From IMG/VR virus record IMGVR_UViG_3300020473_000027: a DNA stretch of 64,000 nt; one strand, written 5' to 3'. A program made the position numbers and the translations under genes. The notes beneath the pieces are model-generated. The model saw only the letters and a program-made list of their open reading frames with translations, had not been told where the DNA came from and ran no database searches. Position 1 is the stretch's first letter; every line of letters begins with the position of its first letter. This DNA comes from an uncultured virus (IMG/VR IMGVR_UViG_3300020473_000027). Lineage: Duplodnaviria > Heunggongvirae > Uroviricota > Caudoviricetes. Of the stretch, positions 1 through 10,344 are shown piece after piece.

Positions 1-648
1 GATGCAGATACTGGAGCAATTAAAACTGCTGTAGAAATTATTGATAATGCTATTAGCGGTTCAGAGATGCAGGTAGACGTTGTTGCTTCCTTACCAGCTG
101 GTAGTGCAGCTATCGGTAAACTGGCAGCTAATGATGGTGTAGATATTGGAGATGTAGATGTAACAAGTGTTACGACAGGATATGCAGCTGCAAATTTAGG
201 TAAAAGAGAAGATGATGCTCATGCCAACCAAGATGTTGGAGTCATGGCTCTTGCGGTTAGAAATGATGATGTAGCTGCTATAGGGGCGGCTGATGGAGAC
301 TATGCTCCTTTACAAGTAAACGCAGCTGGCTCATTATATACTACAGACGCAACAGGAGAAGCTGGTTCTATACTAGTAACAGGAACTAGCGCTGTAACAA
401 CTGGTATAAGTGGAACAAAATTTATTGCAATACAATTTATTGAAGATACTGTTTTTGCAAGCTCTGGTGGATTAGTTGCAGCTTCAGAACAATTATACCC
501 AGATGATACTGGCGTTGGTTCAGATATATCAAGTAATGGAGCGGCTATTGATGGTGTAACATTTCCACAAGGTATGACAATTTTTGGAAGATGGAATGGT
601 TTTACATTAGCAAGTGGTAAAGTTATCGGCTATATAGGGTATGTATAA
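1..648 (+). CDS. 5'-truncated virion structural/tail protein
   Basis: Frame is open from base 1 through the ATG at 67; Gly/Ala/Thr/Asp-rich; lies upstream of a tail fibre. Confidence 0.6.
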   Translation, partial: DADTGAIKTAVEIIDNAISGSEMQVDVVASLPAGSAAIGKLAANDGVDIGDVDVTSVTTGYAAANLGKREDDAHANQDVGVMALAVRNDDVAAIGAADGDYAPLQVNAAGSLYTTDATGEAGSILVTGTSAVTTGISGTKFIAIQFIEDTVFASSGGLVAASEQLYPDDTGVGSDISSNGAAIDGVTFPQGMTIFGRWNGFTLASGKVIGYIGYV

Positions 649-782
649 TGTATATGGCTTTAAGACTTACTTTACATTCAATGGCGACTCAAGCTGTAAG
701 ATTAGCAAGAGATATGTGGAACTCTACAAATCTTAACGATATATGGGAAAACGAGCACCGAAATTGGGATGATATAGTATGA
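648..782 (+). CDS. 44-aa hypothetical protein (MYMALRLTL...RNWDDIV)
   Basis: Hand translation; TAATG coupling to upstream gene; fills the gap. Confidence 0.55.
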   Translation: MYMALRLTLHSMATQAVRLARDMWNSTNLNDIWENEHRNWDDIV

Positions 783-807
783 AAAATTTTAATACGAGGA
801 AAATATT

Positions 808-2766
808 ATGGCAACTTTAGCAGGTAATACGATAGCGAGTACTTATCCGCTATTATTAAAAATAGATTCAAATGGAATTGACGGCACATTAAGAGCTGTG
901 CAAGATGGAGATGCTACTGATAGTGCTTTATCTATAGCTACCGATAGTGTATTAGTAAAAGGAAGTGGAGTAAGATTATACTTTCACGATGCTGATGGTG
1001 GCGAACATATAGCTGGAGATGGAACAGACTTAACTATTACATCTGGTAATGATATAAAATTAGCAGTCGGTAGTGCTGGTTCAGTTCACAGTTCTGGTGT
1101 AGGAGGAACTGGGAATACAGTTCTTGGTATAGACGCTGGTATAGGATTAGAGTCAGGTTCTAATTACAATGTCTTTATAGGAGACCTTACTGGCGATTCT
1201 TCCTTGAATGATTGTCTTTACAGTGTAGGAGTTGGTTATGCAGCGTTGAGTTCATTAACTACTGGAGATAGAAACACAGCTCTTGGATACCAAACTTTAA
1301 CAGCATGTACTACTGGAGAGGAAAATATTGCCATTGGTAGAAATTCTATGGATGCTTGTGTTTCAGGAAGTTATAACATAGGAATTGGCACTAATACTCT
1401 TGGAACTATGGCTGATGTGGCTTCAACATTTAATATCGCTATTGGGTATGATGCTATGAGTACTGCAAATCATGCTGATATAGATGAGTGTATTGCGATT
1501 GGTCATTCTGCTCTTAATTCTTTAGGAACAAATTCAGGAGGAGCTGGCTCAATAGCCATTGGTTATCAAGCCCTTGAAGATTTAACAACTGGTGATAAAA
1601 ATATTGCTATAGGATATCAATCGGCAGCTAACATAACAACTGGATTTCATAATGTTATAATAGGACACGGAGCTTTAGATGCAGCTGATGGAGGCGAAAA
1701 CCATAATATTGCAATGGGTGTAGACGCTTTAGGTTCTGCAAATGAAAATGGTGTATCAGCTAATATTGCTATAGGAACAAGGGCTATGGATTCAACTGGA
1801 GCTCAAGCTATAGCAAATTGTGTAGCTATTGGATACCAAGCTCTTCGAAATGCAGAAAATGCAGCTGATGGAACTATTGCTATTGGAAAAGAGGCATTAA
1901 CAGCACTTACAACTGCCACAGAATGTATAGCTATAGGACAGAACGCACTTTCTAGTATGACAACTTCTACTGGTATGATAGCCATAGGTGACGATGCTGG
2001 GAAAGATTGTGATTCTACTGGCTCAACTCCTGATGGTTGTATTTATATTGGAGCGTCTTGTGGTCAAAATTTAGATGATGGAACAAGAAATACAGCCGTT
2101 GGATTCGAAGCGATGACGGGTAATACCGAGAATGCGAATACTCCTAATTATAGTGTTGCGGTTGGATGGAAAGCTTTGACATCTATAACAGATGGAGACA
2201 GGAACGTTACGATTGGAGCTGAGTCTGGTACAAATCTTGAAAGTGGTAGCTACAATGTCCTTGTTGGATATGGGACTCAGGCAAGTGCTGCTGATTCAGA
2301 GAATGCAGTAGTTATTGGTTACGATATATCAGGTGGTGGAAATGAAGTTACGATTGGAAAAGCGTCTAATGTTCTAACTAATAATTTTACTTCAGGCTCA
2401 ACTTGGGCTCAAAGCTCAGACGAAAGAATAAAAACAGATATTAAGGATGATAACTTAGGACTTGACTTTATTAAAGAATTAAAAACCAAAACTTTTAAGT
2501 GGAAACCTTCAAACGAAGTGCCTAAAGAATTAACAGAGCATTACAATGAAGTAAACCAAAAAAATACAGATGTTGTAATGCATGGAATGATAGCACAAGA
2601 AGTAAAAGCAGCCTTAGATAAATCTGGAGTTGATACTTTTGGGGGCTGGTCGGAAAAATCAGATGGTTCACAAAATATATCAAGGGAAATGTTTGTAATC
2701 CCATTAATAAAAGCAGTACAAGAATTATCAGTAGAATTAGAAAATTTAAAGAAGAAGGTAGGATAA
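808..2766 (+). CDS. Tail fibre/spike with N-x-A-I-G beta-helix repeats and C-terminal S74-type intramolecular chaperone
   Basis: Many 'NIAIGYxAL' repeats; 'SSDERIK...HGMIAQEV...LIKAVQEL' chaperone motifs. Confidence 0.9.
   Translation: MATLAGNTIASTYPLLLKIDSNGIDGTLRAVQDGDATDSALSIATDSVLVKGSGVRLYFHDADGGEHIAGDGTDLTITSGNDIKLAVGSAGSVHSSGVGGTGNTVLGIDAGIGLESGSNYNVFIGDLTGDSSLNDCLYSVGVGYAALSSLTTGDRNTALGYQTLTACTTGEENIAIGRNSMDACVSGSYNIGIGTNTLGTMADVASTFNIAIGYDAMSTANHADIDECIAIGHSALNSLGTNSGGAGSIAIGYQALEDLTTGDKNIAIGYQSAANITTGFHNVIIGHGALDAADGGENHNIAMGVDALGSANENGVSANIAIGTRAMDSTGAQAIANCVAIGYQALRNAENAADGTIAIGKEALTALTTATECIAIGQNALSSMTTSTGMIAIGDDAGKDCDSTGSTPDGCIYIGASCGQNLDDGTRNTAVGFEAMTGNTENANTPNYSVAVGWKALTSITDGDRNVTIGAESGTNLESGSYNVLVGYGTQASAADSENAVVIGYDISGGGNEVTIGKASNVLTNNFTSGSTWAQSSDERIKTDIKDDNLGLDFIKELKTKTFKWKPSNEVPKELTEHYNEVNQKNTDVVMHGMIAQEVKAALDKSGVDTFGGWSEKSDGSQNISREMFVIPLIKAVQELSVELENLKKKVG
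1960..2633. repeat. 674-bp perfect direct repeat, copy 1
   Basis: Line-by-line comparison found it identical to 53117-53790 (offset 51,157); flanks remain similar for ~200 bp upstream and ~100 bp downstream. Confidence 0.95.
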
Positions 2767-2767
2767 T

Positions 2768-3031
2768 ATGATAGGATATAGAAAAATGAAGTCCAAAGGT
2801 CTTTGGAAACTTAGTAGAAGTGGTGATGATGTTGTGTATACTCGCAAATCATTCGACAAAGAGACTGGTGAAGAAAAAAGTAGTAAGGTGCGAAAAATTA
2901 CTTCTAAAGAAGTAGAGGTTGCTGAAAAAGCACTTAAATTTCAAATAAAGAAATTGCAAGAAGATTTAACTGATCTTACTACAATTAAAGAAGATATTAA
3001 AAAACAAGAAGCAATTGTAAACCCAGACTAA
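2768..3031 (+). CDS. Small coiled-coil protein following the tail fibre (possible fibre assembly factor)
   Basis: Position; homologue at 53943-54239 (Y-x-x-x-K start, K-x-F/Y-D-x-x-TGE motif). Confidence 0.6.
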   Translation: MIGYRKMKSKGLWKLSRSGDDVVYTRKSFDKETGEEKSSKVRKITSKEVEVAEKALKFQIKKLQEDLTDLTTIKEDIKKQEAIVNPD

Positions 3032-3032
3032 T

Positions 3033-4943
3033 ATGGCTGATATAAGGTTAACAAAAGATTCAGATAAAATAGAGATTGGCGCTAGAAGTGGCGGTGATTT
3101 AAATCTTTATCACAATAGTACTAATTCATTTATCGAAAATGAAACTGGTATTCTTTACGTTACAAATAAAGCTAATACAAGTTTAATACTTGGTACTAAT
3201 AATACTACTGCTGTCACTATTGATAATAGTCAAAATGTAACAATAGAAGGCAATCTTACTGTAAATAAAGCAATTACATTTAATGAAACAAGCGCAGCTG
3301 CTGATTTCAGAGTAGAATCAGATGATAATACTCATATGTTATTTGTTGATGGTAGTGAAGATAGGGTGGGAATTGGTACTGATTCGCCTGCAAGTACGCT
3401 TGAAGTTGCAGGAAAATTAACTGTTGATGATTCAAATGCATATATTGACTTAAAAAGAAGCGGAACAACCATATCTACAATAGGAGCTGATGCAACAGGA
3501 GAATTTATTGTATATGATACTTCTGCCTCTGCTTATAGGATGATTATTGATTCATCAGGTAATGCTACTTTTGCAGGTGATATAAAAAATTCAAGTGATA
3601 GTAAAAGTATATATGTTGGTGCAAGTGATGACTTGAGAATAGTACATGATGGCAGTAATTCATATATAGACCATGAGAATACAGGCGATTTAAAAATTAG
3701 AAGTCGTAGGCATAATGGAGATATACTGTTTTATAATGAAGACTCAGGTGGAACGGAAACACTTACTTTGCAATTAACAGGAGCATCAAATGCTAATTTT
3801 GCCGGTGCTATCACAATAAACACTTCAAATTCAGAACAGTTAATGCTTAAAGGTGCGACAAGCCCATATTTAAGATTTTACGAAAACACTACAGCAAAAG
3901 CCTATATACAATGGCACTCTGACGGATATTTAAATTTAGAAAATTCAGAGGCAGGTACAAATTTAGCAGTCGGAGCAAATGGTGTTGGAATTGGTACTAC
4001 TTCACCTGATTCTACATCATTATTAACAGTAGGAAGTACCACAGCAAGTGATGCGAATGGAATTTTAATAAATAGAGGAACAAGACCTACTATTTCAGGA
4101 AGTCAAGTTGCAATATCTTGTGTAACAAATGGCGACACAGGTGGAAGTGGTGAAGCAATGTATTTACAAGGTCCAGAGTTTCACTTTATGGATGATGATG
4201 AAAGCACAAAGAGGATGGTTATTAATTCATCAGGCAATGTCGGAATTAATGAAGCTTCTCCTGACCATAAACTACACCTAACATTCGCAGGTGATGCAGA
4301 TTTTGCAGGTGATGGCGACCTTGATGGTGAATCTATAATGAAATTGGAGGGAGCTAACAATGATGGCGAAGCTGTAATGATTAGATGGGCTAATCATGGT
4401 AGTATGAATAATTACTTTGGAGTTCATCAAGTTGGTGCAAGCGGTCAAGGCGATTTTGTTTGGACATGTTACGATGGCAGTAATTATGCTGAAACATTTA
4501 GAGTTAAGGATAATGGTAATGTTATAGCAAAAAAACTTAATCAAACAGGCTCTACAAGTAATAGATACCCATTATATTGGGTTTACTCTGGAGCTGATGG
4601 TTCGATAGAACCCTATACTGGCTCTGTTAGAGCTATGAAAAAAGATATTGCTGATATGGGTTCAGTTAACTGGATTAACTCTTTAAGACCAAGAAGTTTT
4701 AAGTTTAGAGATTTTGAAGATATTGATGGAGTAAGAACCTATAAAGAGACAACAAATGATAATCCTATTACTGAATATGGTTTAATTGCAGAAGAAGTGG
4801 ATGAGGTAGAAGGCTCTGACTATATAGTTGATAAAGATTCAGATGGAAAGGTGAAGGGTGTTTTATATCATAATTTAGTACCAATACTTTTAAAAGCATT
4901 ACAAGAGCAAAATGAACGTATTGAAGCATTGGAGAACGCATAA
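3033..4943 (+). CDS. Second tail fibre with GNVGIGT-type repeats and S74-like chaperone
   Basis: 'VGIGTDSP', 'GNVGINEASP' repeats; C-terminal 'LRPRSF...YGLIAEEV...LLKALQEQ'. Confidence 0.88.
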   Translation: MADIRLTKDSDKIEIGARSGGDLNLYHNSTNSFIENETGILYVTNKANTSLILGTNNTTAVTIDNSQNVTIEGNLTVNKAITFNETSAAADFRVESDDNTHMLFVDGSEDRVGIGTDSPASTLEVAGKLTVDDSNAYIDLKRSGTTISTIGADATGEFIVYDTSASAYRMIIDSSGNATFAGDIKNSSDSKSIYVGASDDLRIVHDGSNSYIDHENTGDLKIRSRRHNGDILFYNEDSGGTETLTLQLTGASNANFAGAITINTSNSEQLMLKGATSPYLRFYENTTAKAYIQWHSDGYLNLENSEAGTNLAVGANGVGIGTTSPDSTSLLTVGSTTASDANGILINRGTRPTISGSQVAISCVTNGDTGGSGEAMYLQGPEFHFMDDDESTKRMVINSSGNVGINEASPDHKLHLTFAGDADFAGDGDLDGESIMKLEGANNDGEAVMIRWANHGSMNNYFGVHQVGASGQGDFVWTCYDGSNYAETFRVKDNGNVIAKKLNQTGSTSNRYPLYWVYSGADGSIEPYTGSVRAMKKDIADMGSVNWINSLRPRSFKFRDFEDIDGVRTYKETTNDNPITEYGLIAEEVDEVEGSDYIVDKDSDGKVKGVLYHNLVPILLKALQEQNERIEALENA

Positions 4944-5035
4944 TGAGCCAAAAATTTGGAAATCTATATGCAAGACTTTTAGCTGTATTTGGATTATGGA
5001 CAGCCATTGCTTTCATATTTGAGATAGGATACTAA
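4943..5035 (+). CDS. 30-aa single-TM micropeptide (MSQKFGNLYARLLAVFGLWTAIAFIFEIGY)
   Basis: TAATG-coupled at both ends; near-identical copy at 54239-54331. Confidence 0.8.
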   Translation: MSQKFGNLYARLLAVFGLWTAIAFIFEIGY

Positions 5036-5256
5036 TGGGTTGGTTTTATACACATTGTGTAATTGCGATAGTCATTCTTATTGCAGATGCTACAGGAAAA
5101 TTAGAGCCTGCTATAAAGCAAATAGAGCAGAAGTTGGGAATCCCAGTTTATTATGCACCTAGCGATTCAGTAGATATGGAAATAGATAATCCATATCCTA
5201 TAGAAGATATTCCTCAACAAGATACATTTAATAGCCAAAGGGAAAATGATAAATGA
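5035..5256 (+). CDS. Small membrane protein of the lysis cassette
   Basis: N-terminal hydrophobic segment; homologue at 54331-54561. Confidence 0.7.
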   Translation: MGWFYTHCVIAIVILIADATGKLEPAIKQIEQKLGIPVYYAPSDSVDMEIDNPYPIEDIPQQDTFNSQRENDK

Positions 5257-5516
5257 GAGTAATACCAGATTGGAAAGAGTTAGGAAGGGTAATGCAATTT
5301 ATTATCACTTGTAGTTTTATTGGATTTATGTCTGGACTTATTGTTGTTTCCTGTACCGACGAGTTTCATCTTGGTAAAGGTAAAGAAGAGTTATATAAAG
5401 AAATGTTTGAAGTAGATTCTATAATGGCAAGAATACAGATGCAAATAGATAGTACAAGCATAGATTTTGAAAAATTTTATATAGACGCGCAAAAGATCAA
5501 TAATGGCCACAACTAA
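5253..5516 (+). CDS. Putative lipoprotein (spanin-like candidate)
   Basis: TM segment ending IVVSC; homologue at 54545 has VIVGC; coiled-coil tail. Confidence 0.55.
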   Translation: MRVIPDWKELGRVMQFIITCSFIGFMSGLIVVSCTDEFHLGKGKEELYKEMFEVDSIMARIQMQIDSTSIDFEKFYIDAQKINNGHN

Positions 5517-5769
5517 AGGAATTAGCGAAGATGCCCAGATTCATATTAGTATTGCATTTCTTATCAAGGCAATGGTGGCTGTTGCCATTGTTGTTGGCAG
5601 TTGGTATCAGGCTCAGATGAGATTTGCAGAGCAAGAAAGAAGAATAAAAGATTTGGAAGATAAGATAGTTATTCTAAATGCTTCTATTGAAGGAATGGAA
5701 ACACAACATATAGAAGATTTGGAAGAGCAAAACAGAACATTAATGCAAAGACTAGGATTAAAGAGATAG
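5503..5769 (+). CDS. TM + coiled-coil protein of the lysis cassette
   Basis: One TM segment then heptads; homologue at 54871-55143. Confidence 0.65.
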   Translation: MATTKGISEDAQIHISIAFLIKAMVAVAIVVGSWYQAQMRFAEQERRIKDLEDKIVILNASIEGMETQHIEDLEEQNRTLMQRLGLKR

Positions 5770-6230
5770 TGATTATTAGAAAGTGCAGTCAAGGACATAG
5801 GGTAAGAATTCATAGAAATACCACACCTGGTCTAACAAGAGTTAAAAAGTATACAAATGGCAATGAGGAAACTATTAAATATCCATCTTCATATGATTAT
5901 TTTATTGACGTTGATGGTGAAATTGTTAAGACAACAAATAGTTTTAAGGAAGCTGAGGAAGAGTATACTAAAGAATGTCAGAAGAAACATCCAGATAAAC
6001 CTGCCCACGGTAGGCTTAATATGGGAAAACATAAAAGTATTAACTATGTGGCAACTCAGGCTTCAGATTACCCAACTGATTCTAATACAAAGGATGAAAT
6101 TAAGTTCTTCCTTGATGTTCGCGATGTTCAGTATGGGGCAAGTGAAACAAAGGCTCAGTTGCTAGATTTAGTTAAAGAATTAAAAGAGAAAAAAATTAAA
6201 ATTACAGTGAGGGGAGTGCTTCATGATTGA
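5769..6230 (+). CDS. Hypothetical protein with C-terminal HeH/SAP-like helical motif
   Basis: 'TKDEIKFFLD...ETKAQLLDLV'; absent from the Y cassette. Confidence 0.5.
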   Translation: MIIRKCSQGHRVRIHRNTTPGLTRVKKYTNGNEETIKYPSSYDYFIDVDGEIVKTTNSFKEAEEEYTKECQKKHPDKPAHGRLNMGKHKSINYVATQASDYPTDSNTKDEIKFFLDVRDVQYGASETKAQLLDLVKELKEKKIKITVRGVLHD

Positions 6231-6522
6231 GGCATATGCGGAATATGGTGCGATAGGATTAGTATGTCTTTTATTTGCGTACATGATAATGAATCTTATT
6301 AAAAGTCAAAAAGATCAATCGGAAGATTTAGATGATATACGTCAAGCTATAGCAAAATCTGAAACTAAGATGGGTAATGTAGAGGCGATAGTTTTAAAAA
6401 TGCTTGATAGATGGAATCGTTCTGACGAGACATCACAACGCCATAGGGAAGATATCGTCAAGGAGTTAAACGATGTTACGGATGATTTGGCTTATTTAAA
6501 AGGAAGAATCAATGGAAAATAA
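6223..6522 (+). CDS. Holin-like protein (N-terminal TM + coiled coil)
   Basis: 'EYGAIGLVCLLFAYMI'; close homologue at 55537-55845; upstream of endolysin. Confidence 0.6.
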   Translation: MIEAYAEYGAIGLVCLLFAYMIMNLIKSQKDQSEDLDDIRQAIAKSETKMGNVEAIVLKMLDRWNRSDETSQRHREDIVKELNDVTDDLAYLKGRINGK

Positions 6523-6748
6523 AGATGTATGGAACTATCGCAATAGCCTTGATGAGAAAATAGGTTCTATAAATGCTCATGTTGAGAATATATACCACCA
6601 CATAAAAAGGGTGGACACTCATCTTGATAAACAGAATGGTCGTATTAGATATAACGAACAAATTATATCTAAATGGAAAGGAGTAGCTGTTGGCATACTT
6701 TGCGTAGCTTCCTTTATTTCGACTGTCATTGCAATGGTAATTAACTAG
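6512..6748 (+). CDS. Coiled-coil protein with C-terminal TM (XhlA-like architecture)
   Basis: 'HLDKQNG' then hydrophobic tail; homologue at 55842-56069. Confidence 0.55.
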   Translation: MENKDVWNYRNSLDEKIGSINAHVENIYHHIKRVDTHLDKQNGRIRYNEQIISKWKGVAVGILCVASFISTVIAMVIN

Positions 6749-6756
6749 GAGTAATT

Positions 6757-6912
6757 ATGAAAGAAGTAGTAGAAATATTAGTACAAAATTGGGAGTATGT
6801 TGTAATTGGCATACTTGCAATAGATAAAGCAGTCGCATTAAGTCCTTCCACTTGGGATGATTTATTGTGGACTTCAGTTAAAAAATCAATATATAAAATA
6901 GCGGGGAAATAA
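6757..6912 (+). CDS. 51-aa holin-like peptide
   Basis: Hand translation; AGGAG SD; TM segment then 'SPSTWDDLLW'. Confidence 0.6.
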   Translation: MKEVVEILVQNWEYVVIGILAIDKAVALSPSTWDDLLWTSVKKSIYKIAGK

Positions 6913-6913
6913 A

Positions 6914-7066
6914 ATGTTAAAAAGAATGATACAAAGATTAGTAAAGAAACATGGTATGAAAGGTCTACTTATATTAGTAGGTGACTATGCAGTTGGAGCA
7001 ACCAAATCTAAAAAAGATGATGAGATTTGGGAAGAAGTAAAAATGCTTTTAGATGGGATGAGCTAG
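6914..7066 (+). CDS. 50-aa holin-like peptide
   Basis: Hand translation; 'TKSKKDDEIW' matches 'TKNKLDDIW' in the protein at 56066. Confidence 0.6.
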   Translation: MLKRMIQRLVKKHGMKGLLILVGDYAVGATKSKKDDEIWEEVKMLLDGMS

Positions 7067-7458
7067 TGCCAAGATTTAGTTCTCGCTCTAAGAGGAGACT
7101 TAATACTTGCGATTCCAAACTTCAGAAATTATTTAAAGAGGTAGTTAGACATTTCGATTGTACCATACTTGAGGGACACCGAGGAGAAAAAGCACAAAAC
7201 AAAGCCTATAATGACGGGAAGAGTAAAGTGCAGTACCCGAATGGTAAGCATAATAAGCATCCCTCTGTTGCTGTTGACGTGGCTCCTTATCCTATTGACT
7301 GGTCTGATCGTGATAGGTTTCACTACTTTGGTGGCTTTGTACTCGGAGTGGCGAAAAAGATGGGTATGACAATTAGATGGGGCGGAGACTGGGATATGGA
7401 TACGAAGACAAAAGATAACAGATTTGACGATTTAGTACATTTTGAAATAAAGGAATAA
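7066..7458 (+). CDS. Endolysin, M15-family peptidase (L-Ala-D-Glu peptidase-like)
   Basis: 'EGHR', 'KH...AVD', 'IRWGGDW', 'DLVHFE' motifs; likely start is GTG 7066 (MPRFS, as in the copy at 56298). Confidence 0.9.
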   Translation: MPRFSSRSKRRLNTCDSKLQKLFKEVVRHFDCTILEGHRGEKAQNKAYNDGKSKVQYPNGKHNKHPSVAVDVAPYPIDWSDRDRFHYFGGFVLGVAKKMGMTIRWGGDWDMDTKTKDNRFDDLVHFEIKE

Positions 7459-10344
7459 ATGCCAAAAACGATTGCAACATTAAGAAATTTTGCAGGTGGA
7501 GTTAATTCCCAATATAACCCAAGGGATATAGCTGATAATCAATTTGGATTCGCCCAAGACGTAATTGGGGATAGAATTGGTGCAGTTAGAACTATGGGCA
7601 ATGGGAGTGGTACGCCAAGGCAGGTTGACAATTCAGCTTCCAATAAAACAATAGCTGTATTAAGTTCTACTGAGATAAAAGGTAAAATTACAGACGCAAC
7701 TTGTGACTACGATGACGATCCAACTATAGCTATGGATAGTACTGAAAAAATAGAAGCTGGTATGTCTGTTAGTGGAAGTGGTATTCCATCTGGGGCTACC
7801 GTTTCTTCTGTTACAAATGCTACTAGTTTTGAGTTATCAGATGCTACAACTGGTGGAGCTAAAACTAATCAAACATTAACTTTTACGGAAGGTCGCGCAA
7901 ATGCTACTGGTTATGGATTTAAACACTTTGAATTGGATTATGATGAATTAGAAAGAAATACTGGCGAACATTATATAGCAATGGTAAGCGCTGCTGGTGT
8001 GTTAAATATTTGGGACTACACTTTTAACAGTTGGAGTTCTGGGATGAGTCTTGATTTAGGTAGCGATACAAATTGTAAGCCACTTATTACTCCGATTAAC
8101 AATGGTATAAGGGTAGCTGATTCGGAATTAACTAATAATAGTACAATTAAATATTATATGTATGTCAAGAGAAGTCAGCTAGGAGTAAGTAGAAACGCTT
8201 TTTATGTAGGAAGCAACACATTGCCTGCTCCAACTGCTAGTTCAACTCAGAATACTTTGGTCAGTAGTGCAACTTATGACAGTGGACAGTTTAATTTTTC
8301 TGTAGAATCAACAGCAAATGAGAACGGAACATGGACTTCTGCTGATTATGTATTTGGTATATCTTTTATATATGACGGAAATCAGGAATCAGCTGTATCA
8401 ATTTGCGCTGATGGATTAGATAAAAATGATGTAAGTGATGACAGGGCTTTAAATATAACTGTTTATGCGTCAAATACTAGTGGGGCATCAGCTTATGATG
8501 CAAGAGTAACCGGAGCTCGTATTTATTGGAAATATGCATCTGGGCTTTCACTCAGCGGAACATCACCAGCTGCTCAGGGAGAATGGAATTTATTAGTAGA
8601 TGTAGATATAACAGGAACATCGTCAGATAACCACGCCTATGGTATACGGTCTAAGTTAGGTGATAAATTTTCTAATTGGACAACAGCTAATGCTTATACA
8701 GATGCTACTTGTGACACAACTAGTGGCTCTACAACAGTTACTATGGATAGCACAGCTGACCTATTAGTTGGAGTTGGGGTTACGGGAACAGGGGTACCAG
8801 TAGGTGCAACTGTAGCTTCAATAACTAATTCTACAACCTTTGTATTGAGTGCCAATGCGACTGCAAGTAACAGTGATCAAACGTTTACATTTACTAATGC
8901 TGTAGGAACTGGGTATAGGGCTAGTTGCTCTATCGTAGTTACTGATCCACCTATTGACACATATGCTACTTTAAATGGATATAGGAGTAGTGATGGTGCT
9001 TTAATTATAGGAAATGCTGGGGATGGGTATAAAACAGCAATCTTTACAAACAGAAGAATGTTTGTAGCTAATGTAAAAATGACTGGAGCTGATGGAAATC
9101 AAGTACAAGACGCAGATAGAATAATGTATTCTCCAGTTAATAAGCCAGATGTATTTCCACAAAGTCAATTTATAGATGTAATTAAGGGCGACGCTGAGGC
9201 GTATATTAGGCTTGAAGCTGTTAGTGATAGGTTGTTTGCCTTTAAAAAAGATACTCTTTTTATTATTAATATATCAAACCCAAGTCCAGCTGGATGGTTT
9301 CTTGAAGCAACCCACAAGGGAATGGGCGTACTTCATCCCTCCGCTGTTTTTAAAACAGATTTTGGAATATTATGGGTAAACCCTAATGGTTTGTACATAT
9401 ATCAAGAAGGTGGTGGTATAGCAGAATTAACAGAGGGTAAGATAATTAATGGTTATGGTACTGATGACTATGGTTTTAAATCTTGGGGAAAGCTTATTAC
9501 AGCAAATTCTATTGTTGGGTATTCTAATAAAGACAAAGAAGTTATCATTAATTTAGATTGCAGTAGCACAACTTCCGATCAAGATTTTGGAGGAAATGGG
9601 TCTGATGTAGTTGTGTATGATATGGAAACACAATCATTCTGGTATGGGAAAAATAGATTAACAAGCGGAGCTTTTGCTACTAATTTTGATTATGATTGGA
9701 ATGGTGATTTAATATATGGATCTGTTGCTAGTAACGGTGACGTTACAGTGAGATCTTGGCAGTCTGCAAGTCAAAATTCTACAGAAGCTTTTTTCTCAAC
9801 TAAAGATATTGATTTCGGAAGTCCTTCAAAAAAGAAAAAGATTTATAATATTTATGTAACATATAAGCATTCTGGTAGTAATAGTTTAGGGTCTTTTTTA
9901 AGCTACTCTACAAATGGAGGAACAAGCTTTGCAACATACGATGGAGATGGCTCTACGCAGATATCTAATAATACATTAGATCAAGCAACAAGTTGGGAAA
10001 TTCATAAGTTTACATTTACAACACCTGTGGAATGTCAAAGCATGGTTTTAAGATTTAATGCTCCTATAACAGACGGAACATGCGATACGACCAATACAGA
10101 TGCAACTGTAACTATGGATAACACAGGAAGAATAGCAGTTGGAATGTCAGTTTCTGGTACTGGTATACCAGTAGGTGCGACAGTTGCTTCGATAACTAAT
10201 AGCACAACTTTTGAATTAAGTGCGAATGCTACCGCAACCAATTCTAATACAACTCTTACCTTTGGTTCTAGCGCCACAAAGATAGATATTAACGACATTT
10301 CTATTGAGTATAGAGAATTATATGGAAAGGTATCCGCAACATAA
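7459..10344 (+). CDS. Tail tubular/nozzle-like (stabilisation) protein carrying three inserted DxTCD domains
   Basis: 'F.GG.N...PRDI..NQ' N-terminus, 'RIMYSPVNKPDVFP', 'TKDIDFG.P...KKIY'; homologue at 56691. Confidence 0.75.
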   Translation: MPKTIATLRNFAGGVNSQYNPRDIADNQFGFAQDVIGDRIGAVRTMGNGSGTPRQVDNSASNKTIAVLSSTEIKGKITDATCDYDDDPTIAMDSTEKIEAGMSVSGSGIPSGATVSSVTNATSFELSDATTGGAKTNQTLTFTEGRANATGYGFKHFELDYDELERNTGEHYIAMVSAAGVLNIWDYTFNSWSSGMSLDLGSDTNCKPLITPINNGIRVADSELTNNSTIKYYMYVKRSQLGVSRNAFYVGSNTLPAPTASSTQNTLVSSATYDSGQFNFSVESTANENGTWTSADYVFGISFIYDGNQESAVSICADGLDKNDVSDDRALNITVYASNTSGASAYDARVTGARIYWKYASGLSLSGTSPAAQGEWNLLVDVDITGTSSDNHAYGIRSKLGDKFSNWTTANAYTDATCDTTSGSTTVTMDSTADLLVGVGVTGTGVPVGATVASITNSTTFVLSANATASNSDQTFTFTNAVGTGYRASCSIVVTDPPIDTYATLNGYRSSDGALIIGNAGDGYKTAIFTNRRMFVANVKMTGADGNQVQDADRIMYSPVNKPDVFPQSQFIDVIKGDAEAYIRLEAVSDRLFAFKKDTLFIINISNPSPAGWFLEATHKGMGVLHPSAVFKTDFGILWVNPNGLYIYQEGGGIAELTEGKIINGYGTDDYGFKSWGKLITANSIVGYSNKDKEVIINLDCSSTTSDQDFGGNGSDVVVYDMETQSFWYGKNRLTSGAFATNFDYDWNGDLIYGSVASNGDVTVRSWQSASQNSTEAFFSTKDIDFGSPSKKKKIYNIYVTYKHSGSNSLGSFLSYSTNGGTSFATYDGDGSTQISNNTLDQATSWEIHKFTFTTPVECQSMVLRFNAPITDGTCDTTNTDATVTMDNTGRIAVGMSVSGTGIPVGATVASITNSTTFELSANATATNSNTTLTFGSSATKIDINDISIEYRELYGKVSAT

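Noticed and set aside
1960..2633. Duplicate fibre block as a diversity-generating retroelement TR/VR pair or shufflon
   Set aside because: Copies are identical rather than adenine-mutated, and no reverse transcriptase or invertase was recognised.
7687..10266. DxTCD inserts as inteins, introns or IS elements
   Set aside because: No intein terminal C/S...HN motifs, no frame breaks, and no terminal repeats or target-site duplications seen.
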